DNA from: the human T2T-CHM13v2.0 reference genome, Homo sapiens
Reading direction: 5' to 3' (one strand)
Assembly (NCBI RefSeq): GCF_009914755.1
Contig: NC_060928.1
Length of the DNA: 64,000 bases
The notes beneath the pieces were generated by a model that did not search any database, was not told the origin of the DNA, and was given only the letters and a program-made list of their open reading frames with translations. Shown piece after piece: positions 29,345-44,800 of the stretch; the stretch's first letter is position 1, and the number at the start of each line of letters is the position of its first letter. Made by a program: the position numbers and the translations under genes.

Positions 29345-29549
29345 TTTTGTACACATTTTTTCTGTGGATGGTCAGATTGTAAATAGTTTAGGCTTTGCAG
29401 ACCACATACAATCTCTGTTGCTTATTATTCTTTGTTTCTTTTACAACCCTTTAAAAATGTAAAAAAAAAAAAAAATCTTAGCCCTCAAGCTGCACAAAAA
29501 CAGGCCATGAGCTGAATTTGGCCTGCTTGATGTAGTTTGTTGAGTCCTG
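29345..29549 (+). mobile_element. MER58 (hAT-Charlie MITE)
   Basis: ttttctgtggatggtcagattgtaaatagtttaggctttgcag ... gaatttggcctg...tagtttgttgagtcctg. Confidence 0.8.
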
Positions 29550-29680
29550 GCTTACAATGATGTAACACTGAGCCAAAATTCCATTGTTTCTTCAGTTTCA
29601 CTCTAGAATCTTTTGATTCTGTTAAATTTAAGTAAAACTAATTGTGGTATTTTGTATTTCTAAATTATATTATAATGTGT

Positions 29681-30100
29681 AGAACTTCCATTTCTGGCCA
29701 AGATGAAATAAGGGCTAAATTTTCCTTCCATCTGGAACAACTAAATAAATGAACCAAATATAAGAAACATTTCTGGACTTTGGAAATCACACAATGAAGG
29801 GTCAGTGATTCCTGAGACATATGACTCACACAAAATTAGCCTTACAATTGCCCCCAGCTTACTGCCTGGAGGGAATTTCTGGCAATGAAGGAAGCCAGGT
29901 GGAGCCAGGCAAGCTCCTTGAGTTGAAGGAGACCTGGTAATCTGGAGAGATCAGGAAGCAGAATATCAGAGTGGAGAGATTTTACGGAGAAAGAGGTCCA
30001 GAGATGTAAAAATGTACTCTAGAATCTTCAGCTAAATAATGATACATATAAGGAAGGAAACTACCCAAGACCAAGAACAGAACCACCCCAAAGTAGAAGA
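29681..30100 (+). mobile_element. Old L1M 5'UTR fragment
   Basis: acttccatttctggccaagatg terminus and attgcccccagcttactgcctgga motif. Confidence 0.6.
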
Positions 30101-30101
30101 G

Positions 30102-30974
30102 GAAATTTAAACAAATTCACAAGAAAAAGAACAAACAAAAACCATCAAAAAGTGGGCAAAGGACATCAACAGACACTTCTCAAAAGAAGACATTTATACA
30201 GCCAACAAACATATGAAAAAAGCCCAACATCACTGATCATCAGAGAAATGCAAATTAAAACCACAGTGAAATACCATCTCACACCAGTCAGAATGGTGAT
30301 TATTAAAAACTCAGGAAACAATAGATGCTGGCGAGGCTTTGGAGAAATAAGAATGCTTTTACACTGTTGGTGGGAATGTAAATTAGTTCACCCATTGGAA
30401 GACAGTATGGTGATTCCTCCAGGGTCTAGAACCAGAAATACCATTTGACCCAGCAATCCCATTACTGGGTATATACCCAAAAGAATATAAATCATTCTAC
30501 TATAAAGACACATGCACACATATGTTTATCACAGCACTACTTACAACAGCAAAGACATGGAACCAACCCAAATGCCCATCAATGGTAGACTGGATAAAGA
30601 AAATGTAGTACATATACACCATGGAATACTAGGCAGCCATAAAAAGGAATGATATCATGTCCTTTGCAGGGACATGGATGAAGCTGGAAGCCATCATCCT
30701 CAGCAAACTAACACAGGAACGGAAAACCAAACACCGCATATTCTCACTCAAAAGTGGGAGTTGAACATTGAGAACATATGGACACAGAGAGAGGAACACA
30801 TACTAGGGCCTGTTGGGGGATGGGGGTGGGAACTTAGAGGACAGGTCAATAGGTGCAGCAAACCACCACAGCATATGTATACCTATGTAACAAACCTGCA
30901 CATTCTGCACATGTATCCTGGGTTTGTTTTTTTTTTTAGAAGAAATACAGGAATAAATAAAATAAAATAAAATA
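30102..30974 (+). mobile_element. L1PA (L1PA12-like) 3' end, 5'-truncated
   Basis: ORF2 C-terminal sequence ([16 protein letters not shown]) and 3'UTR gggaacttagaggacaggtcaataggtgcagcaaaccacca...ttttagaagaaat, with a (taaaa)n tail. Confidence 0.88.
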
Positions 30975-32933
<1,959 letters not shown>

Positions 32934-33178
32934 AGGACAGTGAAATAGCACAGTTCAGTAATTATAAATTCTATTCTGAGATAACCCAAGGATCAGGCCA
33001 CACAGCAAGAAAAAACATACTGCCATTTGTACCCCCAATTCCTTCCAGTATCAATTTAATAAAGTATAGTGACTTGAGGTAAGTAATGCAGTCATTCCAT
33101 TTTAATGGTCTTTAGCTTTTAAATTTATCATCTCAATATTAACATCCAGACAAATATTATGAATACATACACCTTAAG

Positions 33179-33611
33179 AGCCAGGTGCAGTGGCTCATGT
33201 CTGTCATCCAAGCACTTTGGAAGGCCAAGGTGGGTGTATCACTTGAGCTCAAGAGTTCAAGACCAGCTGAGCATGGTGTTGCACACCTGTGGTCCCAGAT
33301 ACTCAGGAGGCTAAGGAGTTGGGAGGATTGTTGAGCCCAGAAGGCAGAGGTTGCAATAAGCTGAGATCTCATCCCTACTAATAATACAAAAAAATTGCTG
33401 AGCATGGTGTTACACGCCTGTGGTCCCAGATACTCAGGAGGCTAAGGAGTTGGGAGGATTGTTGAGCCCAGGAGGCAGAGGTTGCAATGAGCTGAGATCA
33501 CTCCACTGCACTCCAGCCTGGGTGACAGAGTGAGACCCTGTTTCAGGCAAAGGCAAAGGCAAAAAGGCAAAGACTTTTGCCTTTGCCAAAGCAAAAAGAA
33601 AAAGAAAAGAA
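33179..33611 (+). mobile_element. AluJ (Jb-like) with a 103-bp internal duplication and rearranged tail
   Basis: AluJ features (acttgagctcaagagttcaagacc, gagaccctg). Duplicated block at 33266-33368 and 33397-33499. Confidence 0.9.
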
Positions 33612-33613
33612 AG

Positions 33614-34619
33614 GCAGAAGAGAAGATACTCAGAAACGAGTTTCCAAGACACAGATCTGTGTTGTACTTCTGATGCACATGCATTTCTCCTCAGTGGATC
33701 AGCTTCACCAGGAACTTCATCTGCAGCATCCTCACCATTAAAAAAAGAACAGCCCTTATTTACTCTATGGCAGGTTGGAATGATCTGTGAACATTAGTTG
33801 AAAGAACATGAAGAGAAAGTTTGGGAAGAACATGAAGAATATTGAACACAAAACTTGCAGAACAATAATGATGCATCTGTGAAATTTACACATGATCAAA
33901 TAATGTGATGATATGGAGAAGAGCCTGCTAGTTATGTTTCATGAATCATGTATTCTGCATTTGCGAGCTGCCTTCTTCCTTGTTGAGTTGTTGCAAGAGG
34001 TCCCACTTATGACATGGAGCAATGCCAATACCCCTTCTGTGAATACAAGTTATTTCAAGCTTTCTTCAGTGGTAACCACTCTTAGGCAACAGCAACGGGT
34101 TTTGGAAATTTCCCTGATGTCAGTACCACCTGGATGTGGATGTTTGCTACCTGTATTAATACCAGTGGCCTCATTTTGTAAGTTATCATTACAATTTGGC
34201 TTCTTACATTAATGTTTTAAAACGATTAAAGCTGGTATTCTAGAACATGCCCTTCACTGGTTGTATAAAAAAACTGTAGAGTGACACTCAAATGAAGTTA
34301 CTGTGATTTTAATTGTGCAATACAACCAAGCTGTAACCAGGTACTAATTTTAGAATATAATCCCAGGACAATATTAAGAAAATAGCCTGCAGTGCCTCCT
34401 GTGAAATAGCGACAGAGGAGGGCATTTTTGTATTCCAGGACTTCTTGGGGTTTCAGAATGGGTTTATATGATTTTTTTTTTGGTACTTTTATTTATTCTA
34501 TCAGTCTTTTTAACAAATGTTTACTGCTGCATTTTTTTCCAGTGTATCATTGTTTTACTGCCCTTGTAGTACTGGAATTAGTTGGAAGAATAAAACATTT
34601 ACTTCTAAAATAAAATAAA
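33614..34619 (+). pseudogene. AKIRIN2: Processed, 5'-truncated pseudogene of AKIRIN2 (C-terminal CDS plus 3'UTR)
   Basis: Translates to [68 protein letters not shown]...NTKLAEQ/DASVKFTHDQIM**YGEEPASYVS* (stop 33942-33944), matching the AKIRIN2 C-terminus as I recall it. Intronless, with premature stops and frameshifts, AATAAA at 34589-34594 and an A-rich tail. Confidence 0.93.
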
Positions 34620-34924
34620 GAACTCTAAGAAAGAAAAGAACTCTCTTATACTCATATGTTGAGAAGCACTTACCTCATTTTAGAGCAAAGTTTATAGATA
34701 ATCAGACCTTCAGTAATTAAAAAGTAAAGCAATATAAAGTGCAAGTAATTTTATTCAGGAGCCAAAAATTCCAATAAAAGGATTAATAGTGACATGTATG
34801 CTTCATATTTCATTAACATAAATCATTTTGGTAGATAACACATGTTTATTTGCCAAATTTTATTACTGTCTTTTATTGATTTTTATCTTTTTTATTGACT
34901 CTCATTATTTTTAACTAGAAACTT

Positions 34925-35268
34925 AAAAAATTATTATAGATGCATAATAGTTGTACACTTTGGGGGGGTACATGTAATATTTTGATATAAGCATATGTTG
35001 TGCAATGATCAAATCCAAGTAATTAGGAGAGCTATCTCCTCAAGGATTTGTCATTTCTTTTTGTTAGAAACATTTCAGTTCCACTCTTTTCATTATTTTG
35101 AAATATGCAAAAAAATGGTTAACTGTAGTTGCCCTATTGTGCTACCAAACATTAGATCATACTCCTTCCATCTAGCTGTATTTCTGTTCCCACTAACCAT
35201 TCCCTCTTTATCTGCCTCCCCCTCCACTACCTTTTCCCAGCCTCCGGTAACTATCATTCTACTCTTAC
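34925..35268 (-). mobile_element. L1MA 3' end fragment
   Basis: ggggtacatgtaatattttgatataagcat...cagcctccggtaactatcattctactct is the reverse complement of an L1MA 3'UTR. Confidence 0.85.
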
Positions 35269-38199
35269 CTAGAAATTGTTTTTTAGTGTGCATTCTGCAT
35301 GTATGCTATTGGATGGCTGAGAATTCTAAAAGGTTTATTGTGCATAAGTAACATAACCATACTTCATATAATGTCCTTATTTTATACCACAGGGATGTTT
35401 AGATGAAGAGCGTCTAATAGGATAAGCATCAAAGCTTCAGAATCCCGTATGATCAATTGCAAACAGTCATTATTGCAAACAGTACATATTTAAGCTATCA
35501 CATTGGAATGCTAAATCTTAAACTCAACACAGAGATTAAATACCAGTAGAAAAAATAAATACTGGTTGAAAACTAAAATTGTTTTTTCAACACATGAAGA
35601 GCATATACACAATTGACATCAAGAGTAGGCTAACCAGAGACTAAACTGATGCAAATAGGATGGCAAGCAAAACTCAGCTTTCTGCCAAAAGCTTTCCCCA
35701 AGAGGTGAATAACATTTTCCATAAGTCTATGGAAATTGCAAAACTGGTTTGCTAAGGAAATACTCTTTGCCACTTTTTAATGTATGATTTAACATTTCTG
35801 TTCTCTACTGAATAGTATAGGTTATATTAATTACATCAGAGGGGAGCCCATATTTATATTCAACGAAAAGATTAACAGCATTTTAATTCACTAGAGAAAA
35901 TTTTACCATATGTAAAAATGAAATATGCATTTTTAACTACTTTTGCTAGTGTAAGAACTATTTATACAGTGTAATTCTGCAAGATTAAAATGAAATATAA
36001 CCAGCCTGGGCAACATAGTAAGACCCTGTCTCTACCAAAAATAAAAAAATATAAAATTTTCAGGCAGGAGCACTTTATACTATGTGATGTTAACTGTAAA
36101 GTATTATAATTTAAAGGGTCATGTTATTTTTACAAAGTTATATGTTTACACCAATTCATCACAGGAAAGTTAGACAGCCAGGGGGAAAATGTCTATTTTT
36201 TAAAATATTTTCTGTCCAGTCATTTCCAAAATGCATCATAGGTGACTTTCAAACAATAGAAAAATTTAACATGTAAGCAGTCTCTACTTTTGTCTTTGGC
36301 CCATCTTCATTTACCTTCTTTAGTATTCGACGTGTTTATAAACAGAAGCCATAATTAACTCCTATGCTTACTGTTTTCATTGTACTATATCATTTCCAGA
36401 TATTAGAAAAGCAAACAATTAAACCAAGTGATGGAAAATACAAGTGATGCTGCAAAATTATAGTGAGTCAGGTAGTAATGCACCTGACTGATCTCCAAAG
36501 TGTTCAGAGGAACAAATGCTTTAAGAAGTTTTCAACCATAATGCAAAATCAGGTTCTACCGTAGACCCCACACATCTCAGCACGGGAACAATGTTCACAT
36601 GCAGTAGCCTATCCTGAAAAGATACATAAATTGTCTATATCCTTGACTGGGCACCTGTGACTTTGGAAAATTAAATTTCACATTCATTATTTATGAAGTC
36701 AGCTCAAATCCCTTGATGGAATTTCAGCCTAATTAAAAAGTATTAAGAGAGGTTTGCAGCCCCTTGCTAGTTCTCATAAACACTCCACTGGTTTAAAAAG
36801 TAGATAGCTACCTTCTGCCTGAGGAAAACTAATGAATCCATGCATTTATACCCAAGATCTAGAGAAATTCAGATTTGTTTTTCTGTAATAGTCTTGAGTT
36901 CTAAGTGTTCAGGGTCAGAACCACCTCAAAATTCCTTCCATGCCAAAGGAGACAAGAGGCAGAAGATGAGATATTTTCTATTTTTACTCTTTACTTTTAG
37001 GCACCTCATTTTCCACCTTTTGTCAGTTCTTTTGCTTTACTACTCCTAGTGCCTCTCTCTTCTAATTGCACCAGCTTCTGACTATCTTTATCCTTTCCTG
37101 CTTCCTAAGAATACAATCAAGCAAAGCCAAAAACTGCTTTAAGCACAATTCATTTTAAGCATATATTATTTTAAATATGCATGTTATGAATTTGCTTTTA
37201 GTTTTTCTGCTTTTGCCAGAACACAAATTTGCCACAACAAAACTTCTACACATTCTGTTGTAATACATTCAGTTATGGTTTATGTTAATGGATTTTATAC
37301 ATTAGTCACTCAACAAGTATGCACTGGGTCTGTCCAGCATTCAGTCCATGATAGAATCTATAAAATATAAAGAGAGGGAAAAAAAACCTATAAGATACTT
37401 AAGACTGATTTTATTGCTTCTAAATTTCTTTAAAAATCAAAAAAAGGCAAAAGCATGAATATTTAAATAACAAGATGACATTCTAAATGCATGCTACTGC
37501 TCAGGCAGGAGGGCAGACTGAGCATGAATATTTACCTTTCTACCTCCTAAATCACACTAAAATGATTCTAAAAATGTAAAAACAGAATGCAATAGCAAAA
37601 AGTGAATGAGGTGTGGAAGCAGAGTGGCCAGAAAACTGTAATGAGTGTTCTACAGTGTTTAACAGGGTTTAGAGAAGATAGCATGCAGATGGGATTATTG
37701 CAGTGATGGAGAAGACAGAGCTTGTGGAGTGGCACATGAGGCCTGTACAGAAGATGGGTCTGTTGTGCCCAGGAAAGAACCCAGAAAGGATTTAACCACA
37801 CAGGCTAGAAATGGGGCAGGAGTAGATTGTAGGGCAGTATTGAGGATATTTCATTAAAGTACTGACTACTGAACAGCTGGATAAATCCCTCCCACATTTT
37901 CACTTTCAGACAACTGGCAGAAATGCCATATGACACAGGAGGAAAAGAGCTCACCTCTAAATAATTTGAATAATTTTTCTGTGAAGTGCTACACTCCAAA
38001 GAAAACTACCAGCTTATCTGCCTATTACACAGTGTCCATATTAAATTCAAGCCTATTTACCACTGAATCAGTGAATGTGTTCACCCAAGTATATATAGTT
38101 TATGTTAAAATATCCCATTCAGGGGAAATAGATGAGTACAATGGTGGAGGAAAACTAGCCAGCGAGTTATGTTACTCAACCTTTCCCATTAACAAGGAA

Positions 38200-38870
38200 C
38201 AGTAGACAACCATGAATCACCAGACATTTGAGGAAAATCAATAGCATAAGAGAAATTCCAAGAAATGGTGCATTCATATAATAATAAAAAAAGACTTCTG
38301 TGTTGTGGTGGTGGAGTGATTAGAAAATAGGAGCTTAAAGGAAATTGAAAATATAATTACTAAAATTAGAATTCAATACAAAAGCTGTAAGATAAAGTCA
38401 AGAAACTCACACAATAAAAAATAGTAAATTTAAAAGATAGATATAGATATTTCAGCTTTTGTTCTTTGGTAAATAATATTCAGAATATCATTTTTTAAAA
38501 CTTTAAGACCTACAAAGAGGCAGGAAACTAATAATTAAGTGAACATATATTCAACAGAAGCAGATCACAGATTACCCTTTTACTGGAATTAGGAGACAAG
38601 GATTTTAAGACATCTATTATAATTACATTAAATAATTTATAGTAAAAGATACAATGGTTGAAAATATGGGGTATTCAGGAGATAAATGGAAACGCTAAAA
38701 AGAACTAAAGGGAAATTCTACAACTGAAAATTATATCTAAAATTTTTTAAAATTAGTTGAATGCTCTTAACTTCAGATTGCATACTGCAGAAGAAAAGAG
38801 TAGTGAACTCATAGAGGTCAGAAAAGTGATCATGTTTAAACAGGGCATAGATTAAAAAACAGATTAATAA
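38200..38870 (+). mobile_element. Old L1M ORF1 fragments
   Basis: aatcaccagacatttgaggaaa, aaattctacaactgaaaa and cagaagaaaagagtagtgaact motifs. Confidence 0.6.
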
Positions 38871-41800
38871 CTCCTCCACCCCTGGCAGCCATGGCTTGCT
38901 GTGGAGAGCACTTCTGTGTGCTGGGGGAAGGAGAGGACTGCAATTGTGAGGCATTTAACTCAGTGCTGTGCAGTCATAACAGAAAGGAAGACCAGACCAA
39001 ACTCAGCTAACAGCCGCCGAAAGAGGGAGCATTTAAACCAGCCCTAGCCAGAGGGGAATCACTGATCCCAGTGGTCAGAACTGAGTTCCCACGAGCCTCA
39101 CCACTGCAGGCTAAAGTGCACTGAGGCTCTAAATAAACTTCACAAGGCCACATTTAGGCAAGTCCTAGTGTTGAACTGGGCCCAGAGCCAATGGACTCAC
39201 GGGACATGCAACCTAATGAGACAACAGCTAGGGTGGCTAAATAAGTGCTGGCATCTCCTCACCCTTAACCCCAGGCTGCAGAGCTCCTACCTCCAAAAGA
39301 GACCCCTTCCTTCTGCTTCTGGAGAAGAGAGGGAATAGTGAGGAGAACTTTGTCTTGCATCTTGGATAACAGCTCAGCAACAGCAGGATAAGGCACTGGT
39401 CAGAACTGTGAGACCCCCTTTCCAAGCCCTAGCTCCTGGATGACACTTCTAGAAACACCCTGGGCCAGAAGGGAACACACTGCCTTGAAGGAAAGGACTC
39501 AGTTCTGGCAGCATTTATCACCTGCTAACTGTAAGAGCCCTTTGGCACTGACTAACCAGCAGTTATACCCAGGAACTTCATTGAGGGTCTTGAGTGAGAC
39601 TCTGAGACTTGCTGGCTCTAGGTGAGACTCAGAACATTGCCAGCTATGGTGGCCCTGGGGCGAGACTCCTTGTGCTTGAGAAAAGCAGAGGGAAAAGTAA
39701 GGGAGACTTTGTCTTTGGCCACAAGGGTAGAGTACCAAGTGGGGCCATGAGGTATCCAATTCCAGGACTTTACTCTTGGGAAGCATTTCTGGACCTGCCC
39801 TGGGGACAGAGGGGAGCCCACTCCCTTGAAGGGGTGAGATCCAAGACAGGCAGCATCACCACAAGCTGACTGAGGAGCCATTGGGCTATAAGAAAACATA
39901 AGCAGTAGTCTGGCAGTACTCCTCCTGTGCCTGAGGTGGTAGTGGTCACAGAGTGAGGCTCCTCTCCCTTCGGAAAGGGGAAGGAAGAATGGGAAGAACT
40001 GTGTCTCATGGTTTAAGTGCCAGCTCAGCCTCAGTACAGTAGAATACCAGGTAGACTTCTAAGGTTTTTGACTGTAATCCCTGGCTCCTGGACAGCACCT
40101 CTGTATCTGCCAGAAACCTGGGGAACCTGCTGCCCTGAAGGGAAGGACATAGGCCTAACTGGGTTTGCCACCTGCTGATTGTAGAGCCCCAGGCCTTTGA
40201 GTGAACATAGGCAGTAGCTAGGGAGTGATTACATCAGGCCTTGGGTGAGATGCAGCCTTTTGTTGGCTTCAGGTTTTACACAGTGCAGTCATAGTGGTGG
40301 TGGCCACAGGGGTTCTTGAGTCACTCCACCTCCAGCTTCAGATGGCTCAGAATACAGAAAGAGACTCCATTTGTTTGAGAGAAAGTAAGGGAAGAGGACA
40401 AGAATGTCTACCTGGTAATGCAAAAAATTCTCCCAGATCTTGTCCAAAACTATCAAGGCAGCACCTCTATGATTTTGCAAGAACCACAGTATTGCTGGAC
40501 TTGGGGTTCCCCTAAAGCAAATACAGCTTAGATCACAACACCCAAGTCATTTCAAATATCTAGAAAGTCTTCTAAGAAGGATAAATACAAACAAGCCCAG
40601 ACTGCAAAGACTACAATAAATACCTAACTCTTCAATGCTCAGACACAAAATAACACCTACGAAGTATCAAGACAATCCAGGAAAACATGATCTCACCAAA
40701 TCAACTAAATAAGACACCAGGGGCCAATCCTGGAGAAACACAGATAGGTGACCTTTCAGACAGAGCATTCAAAATGGCTGTGTAGAGGAAACTCAAAGAA
40801 ATTCAAGATAATACAGAGAAGGAATTCAGAATTCTATCAGATAAATTTAACAAAAAGATTTAAATAGTTAAAAAGAATCAAGTAGAAATTCTGGAGCTGA
40901 AAAAGGCATTTGGCATAATGAAGACTGCACCAGAGTTCTTTAGTAGCAGAACTGATCAAGCAGAAGAAAGAATTACTAAGCTTGAAGACAGGCTATTTTA
41001 AAATAACAGTCAAAGGAGACAATAGGAAAAAGAAGAAAAAATGAAGCATGCCTACAGGATCTAGAAAATAGCCTTAAAAGGGCAAATCTAAGAGTTCTTG
41101 GCCTTAAAGAGGAAGTAGAGAAAGAGATAGGGGTGGAAAGCTTATTCAAGGGGATAATAAGAGAATAATAGGATATCCAATATCCTACAGAGAGATATCA
41201 ATATTCAAGTACAGAAAGGTTATAGAAAACCAAGCAAATTTAATACAAAGAAGACTACTTCAAGGCATTTAAGAATCAAACTCCCAAAATTAAGGATAAA
41301 GAAAGAACCCTAAAAGCAGCAAGAGAAAAGAAACAAATAACATATAATAGAGGTGTAATACGTCTAGCAGCAGACTTTTCAATGGAAACCTGACAGACTA
41401 GGAAATAGTGGCATGTCATATTTAAAATGCTGAAGAAAAAAAAAAACTTTTTCTCTAGAATAGCATACTATGATAAAAAATATCCTTTAAACATGAAGGA
41501 GAAATAAAGACTTTCCCAGACAAACAAAAGCTGAGTGATTTCATCAACACCATACCTGTCCTACAGGAAATGCTAAAGAGAGTACTTCAATCAGAAAAAA
41601 AAAAGACATTAATGAGCAATAAATCATCATCTAAAGGTACAAAACTCACTGGTAATAGTAATTATACAGAAAAACACAGGATATTACAACACTGTAACTG
41701 TGGTGTGTAAACTACTTTTGTCATAAGTAGAAAAACTAGTAATGAACCAATCAAAAATAATAACTACAACAACTTTTCAAGACATAGATAGCACAATAAG

Positions 41801-44800
41801 ATACAAATAGAAACAAGAAAAAAGTTAAAAAGTAGGGGGACAAAGTTAAGGCATAGTGTTTTTATTACTTTTCTTTTTGCTTGTTTTTGCAAACAGTGTT
41901 AGGTTGTTATCAGGTTTAAATAATGGGTTATAAAATAGTATTTGCAAGCCTCATGATAACCTCAGGCCAAAAAGCATACAATGAATACACAAAAAATATA
42001 AAGCAAGAAACTAAATTGTGTCACCAGAGAAAATCACCTTCACTAAAGAAAGACAAGAAGGAAAGCAAGAAGGAAGTAAAGACAGCAAAACATTCAGAAA
42101 ATAAATTACAAAATGGCAGGAGTAAGTCCTTACTTGTCAATAATATGTTTGAAGGTAAATGGACTAAACTCTCCAATCAAAAGACAGAGAGTAGTTGAAT
42201 GAATGAAAAAATAAGACCCATTATCTGTTGCCTACAAGAAACACACTTCACCTGTAAAAACACACATAGACTGAAAATAAAGGGATGGAAAAAGATAGTC
42301 CATTCCAATAGATATCAAAAAAGAGCAGGAGTCACTATACTTATATCAGACAAAATAAATTTCAAGACAAAACCATAAGAGACAAAAAAGTTCACTATAT
42401 AACGATGAAGGTGTCAATTCAGCAAGAGGGTGCATATATATGTATCTAATACTTTAGCATTTAGATATAGAAAGCAAATATTATTGGAGCTGGAGAGAGA
42501 GATGGGTCCCAATACAATAAGAGGTGGAGACTTCAACACTCCACGTTAAGCATTGGACAGACTATCCACACAGGAAATCAAAAAGGAAACATTGGACTTA
42601 ATTTGCACTATACACCAATTGGATCTAATAGATATTTACAGAATATTTCATCCAAGAGCTGCAAGATATGCATCCTTTATTTTTTTTTTTTCACTCAGCA
42701 CATGGATTACTCTCAAGGACAGACCATGTGTTAGATCACAAAACAAGGCTTAACACATTCAAAAAATTAAAATAATATCAAGCATCTTCTCTATCCACAA
42801 TGGAAAAAAACTAGAAATCAATAAAAAGAGGAATTTTGGAAACTATACAAATACATGGAAATTAAACAATATGCTCCTGAAAGACCAGTGGGTCAATGAA
42901 GAAATTAATAAGGAAATTGAAAAAGGTCTTGAAAAAATAAAAATGGAAACACAACATACCAAAACCCATGGGATACAGCAGAAAAGTACTAAAAGGAAAG
43001 TTTATAGCTATATGTGCCTGCATCAAAAAGAAGAAAAACTTCAGATAATCTAATGATGCATCTAAAAGAACTAGAAAAGCTACAGCAAACAAAACCCAAA
43101 ATTAGTAGAAGAAAAAAAATAAAGATTAGAGCAGAAATAAATTAAATTCTAATGAACAAAACAATACAAAAGATCAATGAGACAAAAAGTTGGTTTTTTA
43201 AAAGTTAAACTAAAATGACCAACCTTTAGCTAGACTAAGAAAAAAAGAAAGAAGATAGAAGTAAAATCGGAGATGAGAAAGGAGACATTACAACTGATAC
43301 TGCAGAAGTTCAAAGGATCATCAGTGGCTACTATGAGCAACTACATGCCAATAAATTGAAAAATCTAGAAGAAATGGACAGATTCCAAGACACATAAAAC
43401 CTACTAAGAATGAATCAAGAGGAAATCCAAAACCTGATCAGATGAGTAGTAAGTAACAAGGTTGAAGCTGTAATAAAAAGTCTACCAGTAAAAAAACAAA
43501 AAAACAAAAAAACAAAAAAAAACCCAGGACCTGATGGCTTCACTGATGAATCCTACCAAACATATAAATAACTAATAGCAATTCCATTCAAACTATTCTA
43601 AAAAATAGAGAAGGAGGGAATACTTCCAAACTCATTCCACAATCTAGTAATACCCTGATACCAAAACCAGACAAAGATACCAAAAAAGGAAAACTACAGG
43701 CAAATATCTCTGCTGCATATTGATGAAAAAATCCTCAACAAAATACTAGCAAACCAAATTCAGCAATACTTTAAAAAGATCACTCATCATGACCAAGTGG
43801 AATGTATCCCTGGGATGCATAGATGATTTAACATATGGAAATCAATCAATGTGATACATCATATCAACAGAATAATGAATAAAAACCAAATGATCATTTC
43901 AATTAACACCTAAAAAAGTATTTAATAAAACTCAACATTACTTCATAAATAAAAGCCTGCAAAAAATGTGTATAGAAGGAACATATCTCAACATAATAAA
44001 AGCCATATATGACAGACTCACAGCTAGAATCATACAGAGTGGGGAAAAACTGAAACCCTTTCCTCTAAAATCTGGAACACAAGAATGCCTACTTTCACCA
44101 CTGTTATTCAGCTTAGTACTGGAAGTCCTAGCTAGAGCAATCAGACAAGAGAAAGAAATAAAGGGCATCCAAACTGGAAAGGAAAAAGTCAAATTATCTT
44201 TGTTTGCAGATGATATAACCTTATATTTGGAAAAACCTAAAGACTCCACTGAAAAACTATTCGAACTGAAAAAAATTTCAGTAAATTTGCAGCATATAAA
44301 GTCAACACAGAAAAAGTAGTAGCATTTCTATATGCCAACAGAGAGCAATATGAAAAATGGATCAAAAAGTAACCTCATTTAAAATAGCCACACATAAATT
44401 TACCTAGGAATTAATCAAAGAAGTGAAAGATCTCTATAATGAAAACTATAAAACACTAATGAGAGAATTGAAAAGGACACCAAAAACAGAAAGATATTCC
44501 ATGTTTATGGATTGGAAGAGTCAATATTGTTAAAAAGTCCATACTTCCCAAAGCACTCACAAATTCAATGCAATCCCTATCAAAATACCAATGACATTCT
44601 TCACAGAAATAGAAAAAAAATTCTAAAATTGATATGGAATCACAAAAGACTCCGAATAGCCAAAGTTATCCTTTGGGCATTTTTGGGGCAAAATATTTGG
44701 GGGCAAAGTTTTTGGGCAAAATGAATAGACATCTCTCAAAAGTGGACATACAAATGACAAACAGGCATATGAAAGGGTGCTTAACATCATGGATCATCAG

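Noticed and set aside
33913-34212. 99-aa ORF overlapping the AKIRIN2 pseudogene
   Set aside because: It is out of frame with the parent CDS and reads mostly through 3'UTR; no sign of a real protein.
34668-34710. Minus-strand donor gag|gtaagt with a 34-nt upstream segment
   Set aside because: Weak acceptor and no recognisable peptide; such donors are expected by chance.
36001-36050. Short Alu-like fragment
   Set aside because: About 50-bp remnant with nothing distinctive.
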